64,000 nucleotides of DNA, taken from the NCBI GenBank assembly GCA_041660525.1, contig JBAZWD010000001.1:224022-288021 (forward strand), given 5' to 3'. The translations under genes and the position numbers were made by a program. The stretch comes from Legionellales bacterium. GTDB taxonomy: Bacteria; Pseudomonadota; Gammaproteobacteria; JABCZS01. Positions 30,171-41,129 of this stretch are shown here, piece after piece. Position 1 is the first letter of the stretch. Every line of letters begins with the position of its first letter. The notes below the pieces were generated by a model. The model saw only the letters and a program-made list of their open reading frames with translations, was not told where the DNA came from and did not search any database.

Positions 30171-31390
30171 CTGTCCTTCACTTTATGCTGGCGTAGAAAA
30201 ATAGCGAGCAGTAATGCGATAATAAAACAGACGCCTGCTGCTAGCATAGGTAATTTCATATAAAAACTCGCGATAACTCCGGAAATAATGGGAGCTAGAG
30301 TCCAAGCGATACTTTTTACAACACCTGCTACGCCCATAATATGACCTTGATGTTGCTCGCTCGCCGCATCTGAAAATAAACTTAAACTCGTGGTATAAAC
30401 AAATCCTCCACCGATGCAAAAAGGAATAATGGCCAGCCAAAATAAATAAAATACAGATAATTGAATACTGATCCAAATGCTCACGCTTAAAAATAATAAA
30501 CCCAATAATAAAATTTTCTTCAATCCTAAATAGGTTAATAAGGGTCTAACCATTAAAGGAATAGACACCATAAAAATAAAGGCAACAAAAGACATAAATA
30601 AACCGACCTGCGCAGAATCGGCATTAAAATAAGTTTGTAAATACACCGGCGCAAATTGGAAAAAGAAATTCCAGCCTAAAGTAAATAAAAAATAAATTAA
30701 AGCTAGCTGTAAAATATAATGATTTTTCAGAAGTTTTAAATCGGATAATGCTATGGTATTTGCTGAGAAATCCTTTTTAATAAAAGTTTCTTTAAAGAAA
30801 ATTTGCAAAAAAATAAGGGCTACGAACCCCAAAAATGCGGTGGCAATAAAAGGCGTATAGGTGGTGAAAAATGGTAATACATCATTGCTCGATAACAATC
30901 CGCCCAGTACCGGGCCGAGTACAAAGCCTAATGTATTTGCGACGACGATGGCGCTAATATTTTTCGCTTTTTCAATACTGCCTTTACTGATATCGGCCAT
31001 GGATGCTTGTGCAATTACGTGACAGCCAGCGGTTAATCCTGCGATCATCCGGCCTAAAATGATCAACCACAACGTTTGCAAAATAATTCCGCAGGTTAAT
31101 ACGATAAATCCGCAACAAAAACCCACTAAACAACCGGTTAATGCTTTTTTGCGCCCAATGCGATCAGATAGTTTTCCTATGTTAAGCGATCCAATTCCCA
31201 TAAAAAAAGGGTATACAGCAAATACCAAGCCTAAATAAAATAATCTTTTATCGTAAGAGATTTCTGCATCAAATAATGTACTTTGAGGGTCAAGAAAGTA
31301 ATATGCCAAGGTTGGGTAAATTACCCCCAAACCAATAGCATCGATGAGGATAATAAATAATAATGTAAAACGCGATAACAATAGCGTCAT
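30167..31390 (-). CDS. MFS transporter
   Basis: 407 aa, 12 predicted TM helices, with an MFS signature-like loop GKLSDRIGRKK between TM2 and TM3. Its start overlaps the ATP-grasp gene stop by 4 nt. Confidence 0.8.
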   Translation of the reverse strand: MTLLLSRFTLLFIILIDAIGLGVIYPTLAYYFLDPQSTLFDAEISYDKRLFYLGLVFAVYPFFMGIGSLNIGKLSDRIGRKKALTGCLVGFCCGFIVLTCGIILQTLWLIILGRMIAGLTAGCHVIAQASMADISKGSIEKAKNISAIVVANTLGFVLGPVLGGLLSSNDVLPFFTTYTPFIATAFLGFVALIFLQIFFKETFIKKDFSANTIALSDLKLLKNHYILQLALIYFLFTLGWNFFFQFAPVYLQTYFNADSAQVGLFMSFVAFIFMVSIPLMVRPLLTYLGLKKILLLGLLFLSVSIWISIQLSVFYLFWLAIIPFCIGGGFVYTTSLSLFSDAASEQHQGHIMGVAGVVKSIAWTLAPIISGVIASFYMKLPMLAAGVCFIIALLLAIFLRQHKVKDS

Positions 31391-32643
31391 GCGGGCGCGG
31401 TAATTTTATTAGGGACAAATAAATGATGATCTTCAATATCGCGAATGGTTTTGATATCATTTTCAATCACAGCCATGTCTTCATGAATTAATAATATCCA
31501 GCCCGGCGAAGTCAGTAAATCTATGGTTTTAGGCAAAATGCCATCGCCAGAAAATTTATTCATACTAAAACTAGGTAATTGTTTAATTAATTGCCATGCA
31601 TTTTCATTTACGATACGGTTTGCATGTCTGACTTGGTGTGAGACACAGGCCATATTTTTATGCAGTATGTAAGGTGTTGCTGCATGTTGCATAAAAAGTT
31701 TGCGATCAACAAAAGCTTCTGCGGTTAAAGAAATTTGGGTATTGCCTAAAACTTGTTTTTGCAATGTATTCGGAATACCAAGCCCCATGATGCGTCCATT
31801 GACTTCAATTAAAACAGGACCATTTTTTGTCAGCAAAACTTCGCTGTGAGCTGGGCCTTGTTGAAAACTAAGCGCATTGATTACGTTTATAATATACGTT
31901 GACAAAATTTCTTGTAGGGCGCCTTGCGCAGGTAATAATACCAATTTATCATAAATAATATTTTTACTATGCACTTTATGGGCTTGCCAAATATCGCTGA
32001 CATAATGATGACCATCACAAGATACCGTATTTACGATATATTCTTCACCTTGCAAAAAAGGTTGTGCCATGATTTCACCATAACGATGACCTAAAAAACT
32101 CGTTTGATTTAATAAGGCATCTAATGCTACGGTTACTTCATCAATATTATTACAGATTGATAAACCTTCTGTTGCAGCACCATTGATAGGTTTGATGATA
32201 ATAGGCCAAGCATCATGTAAATAAGCCCACGCCATGATTTCTTCGGGATCATTTGATTTTAAATCTTTGATATGCGCAAGGTTATGCGCCGCTAAACATT
32301 TCGCCATTAAATGTTTATCACGCCGCTGTATGCTGGTGGCTAAATCATTTTGTTTTAAACCTAAACAATAAGCAATTTCATCAGCAATAATGACCCCAGG
32401 GTCACTTCCTGCAACAACACATGCAATGGGCAATGATGCTAATTGCTCAATGATTTTATTGATATCGTCTTTTTCTTGAATGTCGATGACAAAGTCTTGG
32501 GGTTGATAAGTGCTTTTATAAAAGTCTGCTTTTTCGCCGGGACTGGATACATGAATGCATTCATAGCCGCGACTGATAAATTCCGCTGCTAGATAGCGAC
32601 TGGTGCTGTAAGCATCAACGATGACACAATATTTTTTATTCAT
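31387..32643 (-). CDS. ATP-grasp domain protein (L-amino-acid-ligase-like)
   Basis: 418 aa. The ATP-grasp K-loop is PIIIKPINGAATEGLSI and the Mg/ATP motif is LIEVNGRIMG. The N-terminal pre-ATP-grasp domain is present. Confidence 0.65.
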   Translation of the reverse strand: MNKKYCVIVDAYSTSRYLAAEFISRGYECIHVSSPGEKADFYKSTYQPQDFVIDIQEKDDINKIIEQLASLPIACVVAGSDPGVIIADEIAYCLGLKQNDLATSIQRRDKHLMAKCLAAHNLAHIKDLKSNDPEEIMAWAYLHDAWPIIIKPINGAATEGLSICNNIDEVTVALDALLNQTSFLGHRYGEIMAQPFLQGEEYIVNTVSCDGHHYVSDIWQAHKVHSKNIIYDKLVLLPAQGALQEILSTYIINVINALSFQQGPAHSEVLLTKNGPVLIEVNGRIMGLGIPNTLQKQVLGNTQISLTAEAFVDRKLFMQHAATPYILHKNMACVSHQVRHANRIVNENAWQLIKQLPSFSMNKFSGDGILPKTIDLLTSPGWILLIHEDMAVIENDIKTIRDIEDHHLFVPNKITAPA

Positions 32644-32658
32644 GTCAGTATTATAGCA

Positions 32659-34044
32659 CTAAGTTATTTGTAAATCTGGCTTCACTTGTAATAATGCTCG
32701 GTGAACTAAGTGTTGAATATGTTGCAAACTGGCTATATTTTCAGCTTCAAAGCGTACAACTAAGCAAGGTGTTGTATTCGAGGCACGTACAATAGCCCAA
32801 CTGTCTGGAAACTCTACTCGCAAACCGTCGATCGTAATGATCTTTGCGCCAGGAAAATTCGCTGTTTTTAATAACTTTTCCATAAAAATAAATTTTTCAC
32901 CATCTGCAATGGGAATATTGATTTCAGGTGTGTTTAAACTATTAGGTAAGCTTTGCCAAACTTGCGTTAACGAGGCTTGCCTTGAAAGTAGCTCTATCAT
33001 CCTCGCGCCACAATATAAACCATCATCAAAACCATACCAATCTTCTTTAAAGAAAATATGCCCGCTCATTTCTCCTGCTAAAATTGCGCCGGTATTTTTT
33101 AATGCAGCTTTAATAAAAGAATGTCCAGTGCGCACCATGTGTGGATCGCCACCGGCATTAGTAATGGCTTGTGTTAAATGGCGTGTGCATTTGACGTCGA
33201 ATAAAATTTTTGCGCCCGGATGTCGTGTTAATACATCTTCTGAAAATAAAATCATTTGCCGATCAGGCCAAATTACTTCGCCTTGTGCAGTGACAACGCC
33301 TAAGCGATCGCCATCGCCATCAAAAGCCAAACCTAAATCAGCTTTTTCTTGTTGAACTGTTTTAATTAAATCTTGTAAATTTTCAATGGCGCTAGGATTA
33401 GGATGATGATTAGGAAAATTACCATCGACTTCGCAATAAAGCGAAGTAACATCGCAGCCTAATTTTTTATATAAGATCGGTGCAATATCACCCGCAATAC
33501 CATTACCACAATCAATGACTATTTTAAGTGGATGTTTAGGTTTAACGCGCTGCACAATCGTATCAATATAAGCGTTGGTTACATTTTGAGAAATGGCTTG
33601 GCCTTCGCCGAAATGAAATTGCTGTGTTTTTGCAATGTGATAAATCTGTTGCAGCGTTTGTTCACTGAGTGCCATAAAATCAAATAAAATTTTAAAGCCA
33701 TTATAATTTTTTGGATTATGGCTGCCTGTCACCATGACGCCTGCGCCAATATTTAAATAATAACAAGCAAAATACAAAACCCCGGAAGGAACGGCGCCAA
33801 TATCAATCACATGCATGCCAGATTTGGTTAAGCCTTTAATCAATGCTTCGCTTAAGGCGGGACTGGACAGGCGTCCATCACGCGCGACAATAAAGTTTTC
33901 TATCTGTTGTGCGTGCGCACGGGTGCCTAATGCTAAACCGATCGTATAAGCAACATTAGGTGTTAAATTTTCGTCAATAATGCCGCGAATATCGTAGGCT
34001 CTAAAAATCTCACTGGTGACCACTGGAACCAAAACCTCCCTCAT
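32659..34044 (-). CDS. phosphomannomutase/phosphoglucomutase
   Basis: Active-site phosphoserine loop [15 protein letters not shown], metal-binding loop DGDGDR and sugar-binding GEMSGH. The start is taken at [21 protein letters not shown]. Confidence 0.85.
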   Translation of the reverse strand: MREVLVPVVTSEIFRAYDIRGIIDENLTPNVAYTIGLALGTRAHAQQIENFIVARDGRLSSPALSEALIKGLTKSGMHVIDIGAVPSGVLYFACYYLNIGAGVMVTGSHNPKNYNGFKILFDFMALSEQTLQQIYHIAKTQQFHFGEGQAISQNVTNAYIDTIVQRVKPKHPLKIVIDCGNGIAGDIAPILYKKLGCDVTSLYCEVDGNFPNHHPNPSAIENLQDLIKTVQQEKADLGLAFDGDGDRLGVVTAQGEVIWPDRQMILFSEDVLTRHPGAKILFDVKCTRHLTQAITNAGGDPHMVRTGHSFIKAALKNTGAILAGEMSGHIFFKEDWYGFDDGLYCGARMIELLSRQASLTQVWQSLPNSLNTPEINIPIADGEKFIFMEKLLKTANFPGAKIITIDGLRVEFPDSWAIVRASNTTPCLVVRFEAENIASLQHIQHLVHRALLQVKPDLQIT

Positions 34045-34465
34045 TACGATCGCTGATATTAAAATCATCAACCGTTTCAAATTCTACTTGTGCCACCGGT
34101 ACAAAAACTAATTGCGCCATACGATCGCCTGGATTAATCACAAAACTTTCGCCTCCGCGATTCCAGCAGGAAATTTTTAATTCACCTTGATAATCGGAAT
34201 CAATTAATCCGACAAGATTACCTAATACGATACCGTGTTTATGGCCTAAACCAGAACGTGGCAAAATAACCGCTGCTAATTGTGGATCTTCAATATGGAT
34301 TGCAAGACCTGTAGGTAATAAAGTGGTTTGTCCAGGTTCTAATGTTAACGGTGCATCTAAACAAACACGTAAATCTAAACCGGCAGAACCCACCGTTGCA
34401 TAAGTCGGCAGCGGAAAAACATCGCCCATACGTTGATCCAATACTTTAAGCTGAATTTTTTTCAT
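34010..34465 (-). CDS. dut: dUTP diphosphatase
   Basis: 151 aa with near-identical conserved Dut motifs ([43 protein letters not shown]). Confidence 0.95.
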   Translation of the reverse strand: MKKIQLKVLDQRMGDVFPLPTYATVGSAGLDLRVCLDAPLTLEPGQTTLLPTGLAIHIEDPQLAAVILPRSGLGHKHGIVLGNLVGLIDSDYQGELKISCWNRGGESFVINPGDRMAQLVFVPVAQVEFETVDDFNISDRNEGGFGSSGHQ

Positions 34466-35639
34466 TTAAATACTCCATTATTTGTTCCATGATTTGTTTT
34501 GCTAAAATTGTTTTATGCGCACGTCCCAATTCAATTTGTTTATTTTTGCTTAAAATGGTCACCGCATTTTCATCACTGTGAAAACCCACGTCAGTTTGAC
34601 TGACATCATTTACACAAATCATATCGATATTTTTTTGTATTAATTTTTGTTGTGCATGGTTGATAATATCCGTCGTTTCAGCAGCAAAGCCTATAGTAAT
34701 AGGTGGATGCGGTAATTGTGCAACCGTTGTTAAAATATCCGGCGTACGAATTAAATTTAAAGTTAAATTTTCTTGATGCTTTTTAATTTTCTGTGAACTG
34801 ATTTGCTCAAGGCAATAATCTGCAACCGCGGCGGTAGCAATAAAAATATCTTGATTTTTAATATGATCTAAAACAGCTTGTTGCATTTCTTGCGCGCTAG
34901 TGACGGAAATAGTTTTCACTGTTGAATGCAAATGAACCGGGCCACTAATTAATGTTACATCAGCACCTAAATTTTTTGCTGCTTGTGCCAGCGCATAACC
35001 CATTTTCCCAGAGCTGTGATTACTAATAAAACGCACCGGATCAATGGCTTCAATTGTAGGGCCTGCCGTAATTAAAATACGTTTACCTAAAAGTGCACGT
35101 GAACCCAATACGGCTTGTACTAATTCATCCACCTCGGGTAAACGTCCTTCGCCATATTCACCGCATGCTTGTTCACCGCTTGCAGGCGGAATAATAATAA
35201 TGCCGCGATTTTTCAAAGTCTGAATATTATCTTGTGTGGCATGATTTTCCCACATGACGCGGTTCATGCTCGGCGCTATATAAATTTGCGCTGTTGTGGC
35301 TAAACAAATTGTGGTTAATAAATCATTCGTAAAACCATGCGCAAGCTGCGCAATAAAATCCGCAGTAGCCGGCGCAATTAAAATTTGCTGCGCAGCCCTG
35401 GCTAATTCAATATGCCCCATCGCATTTTCAGCATCCAAATCCCATAAATCATCACGCACTTTCTGGCCGGATACTACTTGCAGTGTCAAAGGTGTTACAA
35501 ATTGCTTCGCGCCTTTCGTCATAACCACTTGAACATTCACACCATTTTCTCGCAAACGCCGCACCAATTCCGGTGTCTTATACGCCGCAATACCGCCTGT
35601 TATGCCTAATAAAAGGGTAGGGAGGGTTTGTTGGTTCAT
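34446..35639 (-). CDS. coaBC: bifunctional phosphopantothenoylcysteine decarboxylase / phosphopantothenate-cysteine ligase
   Basis: N-terminal flavoprotein domain ([12 protein letters not shown]) and C-terminal CoaB domain ([13 protein letters not shown]). It is adjacent to dut, as in many proteobacteria. Confidence 0.9.
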   Translation of the reverse strand: MNQQTLPTLLLGITGGIAAYKTPELVRRLRENGVNVQVVMTKGAKQFVTPLTLQVVSGQKVRDDLWDLDAENAMGHIELARAAQQILIAPATADFIAQLAHGFTNDLLTTICLATTAQIYIAPSMNRVMWENHATQDNIQTLKNRGIIIIPPASGEQACGEYGEGRLPEVDELVQAVLGSRALLGKRILITAGPTIEAIDPVRFISNHSSGKMGYALAQAAKNLGADVTLISGPVHLHSTVKTISVTSAQEMQQAVLDHIKNQDIFIATAAVADYCLEQISSQKIKKHQENLTLNLIRTPDILTTVAQLPHPPITIGFAAETTDIINHAQQKLIQKNIDMICVNDVSQTDVGFHSDENAVTILSKNKQIELGRAHKTILAKQIMEQIMEYLNEKNSA

Positions 35640-35648
35640 AGGCGTATA

Positions 35649-36803
35649 TTAACCTAAATTAGACATAATATCCAAGTTAATGAAATCCTTTAAACTGATG
35701 ACTTGGATATTTTTGTCGAGTAAATAGGTTTTGCCTGCTGGATAAATTACGAATAAATGATCTAATTTTAAGATTTCGTTGGCAATGGCCATAGAATTTG
35801 TTTTAGCGGGCGCATCTTGATATTTAAATTCAAAACCTAAGCGTTTACCATTTTTCATTATAAATAAATCTAATTCAGCCTGTTGATGTACGGCCCAGAA
35901 ATAACATTGTTCAGAAGGCATTTGTAGATATTGAATAATTTGTTCCATGGCAAAACCTTCCCAGGTTGCACCTAATTTCGGATGATTTTTTAAATCGTGT
36001 GAACTTGGAATATTCATGAGAGTAAGATAAATGCCGTTATCGCGAAAATAAATTTTGGATGATTTTACCTGGCGTTTTTGGATATTTTCAAACCAAGGAT
36101 GTAATTCACGCACCATAAATGTGCTGACTAAAATATCTAAATAATGGCGAATAGTGGTATGCGCAGTACCTAAGGCGCCTCCGAGCTCTGAAGCGTTAAA
36201 TATTTGTCCATGATAATGTGCAAGCATCATCCAAAATCGTCGCAGGGTGGCTGGTGGGATTCTAAAACCAAGATTAGGGATATCACGTTCAAGAAAAGTA
36301 GTAATATAGTCTCCTCTCCATTCATAACTTAATTGATCATTTTCTGCTAAATAAGAACGAGGAAATCCACCGCGTATTAATAGTTTTTCCGCATCATGAG
36401 TTTCAGAAAAATTAAAGGGTGTGCATTCTAAGTAGCTAATTCTTCCAGCTAGTGTTTCGCTGGATTGTTGTATTAAGTCGCGTGATGCACTGCCTAAAAT
36501 TAAAAATCGTCTATTTTTATGTTGATCAATCAAAACACGCAAAGGAGGGAAAAGATTGGGGCGTCTTTGAATTTCATCAATGACAATAAGCCCTGTGAGA
36601 TCTTCAAGCGCCAACATGGGCGATTCTAGTTGTGCTAAATGAATAGGATTTTCTAAATCAAAATAATGAACAATGCCATCAAATACTTGGTGAAATTGTT
36701 TAGCCATGGTTGTTTTGCCGCATTGTCTTGGCCCAAGGAGGGCAACGACGGGGTTAATGTTAAATAAGCAATTGATTTTATTGATATAGTCATTTCTTTT
36801 CAT
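35649..36803 (-). CDS. COG1373 AAA+ ATPase with C-terminal DUF4143 (restriction-endonuclease-like) domain, second paralog
   Basis: P-loop GPRQCGKTT, Walker B LIVIDEIQ and the C-terminal block AELDLFIMKNGKRLGFEFKY (D…E.K, PD-(D/E)xK-like). Confidence 0.75.
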   Translation of the reverse strand: MKRNDYINKINCLFNINPVVALLGPRQCGKTTMAKQFHQVFDGIVHYFDLENPIHLAQLESPMLALEDLTGLIVIDEIQRRPNLFPPLRVLIDQHKNRRFLILGSASRDLIQQSSETLAGRISYLECTPFNFSETHDAEKLLIRGGFPRSYLAENDQLSYEWRGDYITTFLERDIPNLGFRIPPATLRRFWMMLAHYHGQIFNASELGGALGTAHTTIRHYLDILVSTFMVRELHPWFENIQKRQVKSSKIYFRDNGIYLTLMNIPSSHDLKNHPKLGATWEGFAMEQIIQYLQMPSEQCYFWAVHQQAELDLFIMKNGKRLGFEFKYQDAPAKTNSMAIANEILKLDHLFVIYPAGKTYLLDKNIQVISLKDFINLDIMSNLG

Positions 36804-36951
36804 GAAGCACTTCTCCTATGTTTTTATTTTAGCATGAAAATTGAGTGATAGGCGCACAATTTTCATTGGCGGCCTAAACAGCTTGCAAACTTAGCCTAAA
36901 AGGAGTAACTTTGTAGGGTTATATTCGCGCAAAAAAAACAGGAAAAGTCAA

Positions 36952-38181
36952 ATGTTTCAATCAGTTACAAGAAAATGTTGGGGTAGTATTTTGATGGTCG
37001 CGGGCACAGCTATTGGCGCTGGAATGTTGGCACTACCGATTGTGACGAGTGAGATTGGGTTTTTCTATGCAGCACTCTTGTTTGTGCTGTGTTACGCCTT
37101 CATGATGGTCAACTCATTTTTATTAGTAGAAGCAAGCTGTTACAGCCAAAAAGCGGATGCTAATATTATTACCATTTCAGGTGAACACTTGGGGGCGTTA
37201 GGCCAAATTGTTGCTTGGGTATGCTTTTTGTTATTATTGTATGCGGTTGCCGCTGCTTATATTTCAGCGGGTGGCGCTTTAGTTGGACATTTTCTGCAAG
37301 AAGTTTTAGGACCGCAAGTGTCTTTGCATTGGGGTATGTTTATATTTATTGTGGGCTTTGCTTTGATAGTGTTATTTGGAATGCGCTCAACTGATCTGAT
37401 TAATCGGATATTATTAGTGGGTTTGGTGGCAGCGTTCTTGTATTTATTTTCCAATATGGCTCCACATGTTAATACTGACTATTTTGTTACGGGTGAGGCC
37501 AGTTATATTTGGGCTGCAATACCCGTTATTATTTTATCTTTTACTTCTAATATTATTATTCCTAGCCTAAAAAAATATTTAGATAATGATACTAAAAAAC
37601 TAGCACGCGCTTTATTAATAGGTGGAGTGATTCCGTTAGTATTTTATTTACTCTGGCAATTTATTATTTTGGGTGTGTTACCCATGTATGGTCCACATGG
37701 TTTAATCGCCATAGAGCACAGCGCTTATCCGGTCAATGCGCTAACACAAACATTAGAATCCTATTTTGGTTTAGCGAGCGCAGCTATTGCGGTAGGCATT
37801 TTTTCATTTTGTGCATTGACCACGTCTTTTCTAGCTGTTTTGGTGAGCCTCGTCGACTTTTTAGCGGATGGTTTACGGATTAATCACATCACAAAATTTG
37901 GTAAAAAAATATATTTAGTGATTGCCGTGATCCCACCATTATTATTTGCCCTATTTTTTCCAAAAGGATTTTTAGTTGCGCTTGGTTATGGCGGTGTATT
38001 CGTTGCGATTTTATATGGCATACTTCCCGCACTTATGGTTTGGAAAGCCCGTTATCAAAAAAACTTAAAATCAGAAATGAAAGTCTTCGGTGGCAAACCG
38101 CTACTTTGTATTGTTTTACTGGCCTCTATAGCCATCATCTTTTTCCAAGTTGGTGCCACATTAGGATGGATACCCGTATGA
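36952..38181 (+). CDS. aromatic amino acid (Trp/Tyr) permease family transporter (HAAAP family)
   Basis: 409 aa, 11 TM. The N-terminal motif GSILMVAGTAIGAGMLALP is typical of the Mtr/TnaB/TyrP family. Confidence 0.65.
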   Translation: MFQSVTRKCWGSILMVAGTAIGAGMLALPIVTSEIGFFYAALLFVLCYAFMMVNSFLLVEASCYSQKADANIITISGEHLGALGQIVAWVCFLLLLYAVAAAYISAGGALVGHFLQEVLGPQVSLHWGMFIFIVGFALIVLFGMRSTDLINRILLVGLVAAFLYLFSNMAPHVNTDYFVTGEASYIWAAIPVIILSFTSNIIIPSLKKYLDNDTKKLARALLIGGVIPLVFYLLWQFIILGVLPMYGPHGLIAIEHSAYPVNALTQTLESYFGLASAAIAVGIFSFCALTTSFLAVLVSLVDFLADGLRINHITKFGKKIYLVIAVIPPLLFALFFPKGFLVALGYGGVFVAILYGILPALMVWKARYQKNLKSEMKVFGGKPLLCIVLLASIAIIFFQVGATLGWIPV

Positions 38182-39227
38182 GCATTTTAAAAAATGATCG
38201 TTTGATTCGCGCATTATTTCGACAGCCTGTTGACAGAACACCTATTTGGATTATGCGACAAGCCGGGCGTTATTTGCCAGAATATCGCGAAATTCGGCAA
38301 AAAGCAGGCACATTTATGGATTTAGTACAAAATCCAGAATTGGCGTGCCAAGTTACAGTGCAACCCATCGATCGTTTTAATTTAGATGCCGCAATTTTAT
38401 TTTCTGATATTTTAACCATTCCTCACGCAATGAATCTGGGTTTGGAATTTATGGCAGGCGAAGGGCCTGTTATTGCAAAACCCATCCGCAATGCGCGCGA
38501 TGTGGCACAGCTTCCGATACCCGATCCCGGCAGCGAATTAAATTATGTATTAGATACGGTGACTTTGGTTCAAAAAGAACTCAATGGACGTGTGCCTTTA
38601 ATTGGTTTTGCAGGTAGTCCTTGGACGGTCGCCTGTTATATGGTTGAAGGCGGTGGCAGTAAAGAATTTGCAATCATTCGCGCGATGCGTTACCAAGAGC
38701 CCGCAATTTTAGAACAATTACTGGATAAACTCATTCAAGCTACAGTTTTATATTTAAATGCACAAATTGCTGCAGGCGTGAATGCGGTCATGATTTTTGA
38801 TACATGGGGCGGTATTTTAAGTCCGGAGGATTATGTGCGCTTTTCTTTAAATCCCATGCAAAAAATCATTAGCCAGCTGAACTTAAATAATAAAATCCCA
38901 GTGATTATATTTACCAAAAATGGTGGACAGCACCTAGAAGTCATGGCTGATTCAGGCGCCCATGCCTTAGGGATAGATTGGATGACTTCACTTGCGAGTG
39001 CAAAACAACGTGTGGGTCATAAAGTAGCCTTACAAGGAAACTTAGATCCGGCTGCACTTTTTGGTTCTCCAGCATCTATACAAGAAGCGGCGCGTGCTAT
39101 CTTAAATGTATATGGTCAAGAAAGCGGTCACATATTTAATTTAGGCCATGGCATTTATCCAAATATTGATCCAGAACGAGTGGCGATTCTGGTAGAAACC
39201 GTGCATAATTTCAAGACTTGTTTATAA
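38178..39227 (+). CDS. hemE: uroporphyrinogen decarboxylase
   Basis: The N-terminus PVDRTPIWIMRQAGRYLPEY is the HemE signature. The start is at the Met overlapping the upstream stop (ATGA). Confidence 0.95.
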   Translation: MSILKNDRLIRALFRQPVDRTPIWIMRQAGRYLPEYREIRQKAGTFMDLVQNPELACQVTVQPIDRFNLDAAILFSDILTIPHAMNLGLEFMAGEGPVIAKPIRNARDVAQLPIPDPGSELNYVLDTVTLVQKELNGRVPLIGFAGSPWTVACYMVEGGGSKEFAIIRAMRYQEPAILEQLLDKLIQATVLYLNAQIAAGVNAVMIFDTWGGILSPEDYVRFSLNPMQKIISQLNLNNKIPVIIFTKNGGQHLEVMADSGAHALGIDWMTSLASAKQRVGHKVALQGNLDPAALFGSPASIQEAARAILNVYGQESGHIFNLGHGIYPNIDPERVAILVETVHNFKTCL

Positions 39228-39244
39228 AGCACAGGGAAAAGATT

Positions 39245-40216
39245 ATGCTTCGGTTTTTAATCGTGTTGAGCGCGTTATTACTAACAGCTTGCGAATGGGG
39301 TGAAGGAACACTCGTACAAGGTTACGTGTACCAAGAGCCCATTTATATGACCAGTACCCAAAGTGGGACTTTATTTACTTTAAATGTTGAGCGCGGCCAA
39401 AGCGTTGCACAAAATCAATTATTATTTGCATTAGACCCCGCACCGCAAAACCATGATTTAATAGCGACAAAACAGCAATTACTCCAAGCCGAATCTACGC
39501 TTATGGATTTAGAAAAAGCTAGTCGTGAAACCGTATTAGAAGGTTTGCGCGGCTCAGTAGCGCAAGCGCGCGCTGCGTTAGAAATTGCGCAGAAAAAGGC
39601 GAATCGCTATCAAGAATTATGGACACGCAAAGTTATTGATACGGAAAGCCGTGATGAAGCCACAGCCGATCGTGATGAAAAACATGCCGCTTTAATGACA
39701 GCAGAAGCAAATTTGGCAGAAGCGGAATTAGGTGCGCGCGTGGATGCTATTAAAGCGCAACGTGCATCCGTTGAAAGTTTAACCGCACAAGTAGCCAGCA
39801 AAGAATGGGCATTATCACAAAAAACAGTTATTGCGCCAAAAGATGCTTTAGTTGTGGATACCTTTTATCGCCCAGGGGAAAATGTTCAAGCAGGTTATCC
39901 TGTGGTTGAACTTTATGATCCGAATCGTTTATTCGCTATTTTCTTTATCAGCGAACCTTTACTCAGTGAAATTTGCTTAGGACAAGAAATATCAGTTGCG
40001 CATGATCAAGCTGATGATAAAGTAAAAGCGGTGATCAGTTATATTTCTCCGCAAGCAGAATATACGCCACCGGTTATTTACAGCCGTGAGAATAATCAAA
40101 TTTTAGTGTTTCGTGTTCAAGCCACACTCTCACCTGAAGAGTTGAAATCCTTTCATGCCGGACAACCGATAGATGTTTACGTGAAGAAAGATAAAAGCTG
40201 TCATGAAAAATCCTGA
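39245..40216 (+). CDS. HlyD-family membrane fusion protein of an ABC-2 efflux system
   Basis: A lipobox-like N-terminus (LLLTAC) is followed by a coiled-coil hairpin region (QAESTLMDLEKA…AEANLAEAELGARVDAIKAQRAS) and a C-terminal beta-barrel. The ABC ATPase and ABC-2 permease genes follow it. Confidence 0.7.
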   Translation: MLRFLIVLSALLLTACEWGEGTLVQGYVYQEPIYMTSTQSGTLFTLNVERGQSVAQNQLLFALDPAPQNHDLIATKQQLLQAESTLMDLEKASRETVLEGLRGSVAQARAALEIAQKKANRYQELWTRKVIDTESRDEATADRDEKHAALMTAEANLAEAELGARVDAIKAQRASVESLTAQVASKEWALSQKTVIAPKDALVVDTFYRPGENVQAGYPVVELYDPNRLFAIFFISEPLLSEICLGQEISVAHDQADDKVKAVISYISPQAEYTPPVIYSRENNQILVFRVQATLSPEELKSFHAGQPIDVYVKKDKSCHEKS

Positions 40217-41129
40217 TTTGGTCATCGACGTAAAAAATCTCAACAAAAGCTTCAACGGCCATAGCGTAGTACGCAATGTGGCTTTGCAAGTAAAGCGCGG
40301 TGAAATCTTCGGTTTTTTAGGCCCAAATGGTAGCGGCAAAACCACAACCATACGCATGATTTGCGGTTTGCTTACGCCAGATTCTGGTGAAGGCACATGC
40401 TTGGGTTATGATATTTTAAAAGATGCAGAACTCATCAAAGCCCAGGTCGGCTATATGACGCAAAAATTTAGTTTTTACGAAGATTTAACGGTTTATGAAA
40501 ATTTAGATTTTGTTGCGCGTGTGTACCAATTACCCAATCGGGTAAAAAAAATAAAAGAAACATTAGATTATTTAGGTCTAAGTGCTGCACGTTCAAAACA
40601 ATTAGCCGGCACATTATCGGGCGGTTGGAAACAACGTTTAGCATTAGCGGGCTGCTTATTACATGAACCACAATTATTATTACTCGATGAACCCACAGCC
40701 GGCGTTGATCCAAAAGCGCGTCGTGAATTTTGGGATCATATTCAAGAGCTCAGTGATAAAGGCATTACAACACTTGTAAGTACACACTATATGGATGAAG
40801 CACAACGTTGTACACGTTTAGCCTATATTGCTTACGGTGATTTATTGGCAGAAGGTACGAGCAGTGAAATTATTAAAGCAACAGGTTTAATGACTTGGGA
40901 AGTTCATGGGCCGGGTTTAGCAAAATTAGCAAAACAATTACGCGGATTACCAGGCATAGAACAAGTGGCATTATTTGGTCAAGAATTACATGTGAGCAGT
41001 GAAAATGAAGCTGCCCTAGAAAAAGCAATCGAGCCGTTTAAAACGCCCGAATATGAATGGCGTCAAACCAGTACGTCATTAGAAGATGTCTTTATTCATT
41101 TAGTCGGCACCAATAAGGATAATTTTTAA
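40203..41129 (+). CDS. ABC transporter ATP-binding protein
   Basis: Walker A GPNGSGKTT, signature LSGGWKQRLALAGC and Walker B LLLLDEPTAGVD. Confidence 0.85.
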   Translation: MKNPDLVIDVKNLNKSFNGHSVVRNVALQVKRGEIFGFLGPNGSGKTTTIRMICGLLTPDSGEGTCLGYDILKDAELIKAQVGYMTQKFSFYEDLTVYENLDFVARVYQLPNRVKKIKETLDYLGLSAARSKQLAGTLSGGWKQRLALAGCLLHEPQLLLLDEPTAGVDPKARREFWDHIQELSDKGITTLVSTHYMDEAQRCTRLAYIAYGDLLAEGTSSEIIKATGLMTWEVHGPGLAKLAKQLRGLPGIEQVALFGQELHVSSENEAALEKAIEPFKTPEYEWRQTSTSLEDVFIHLVGTNKDNF

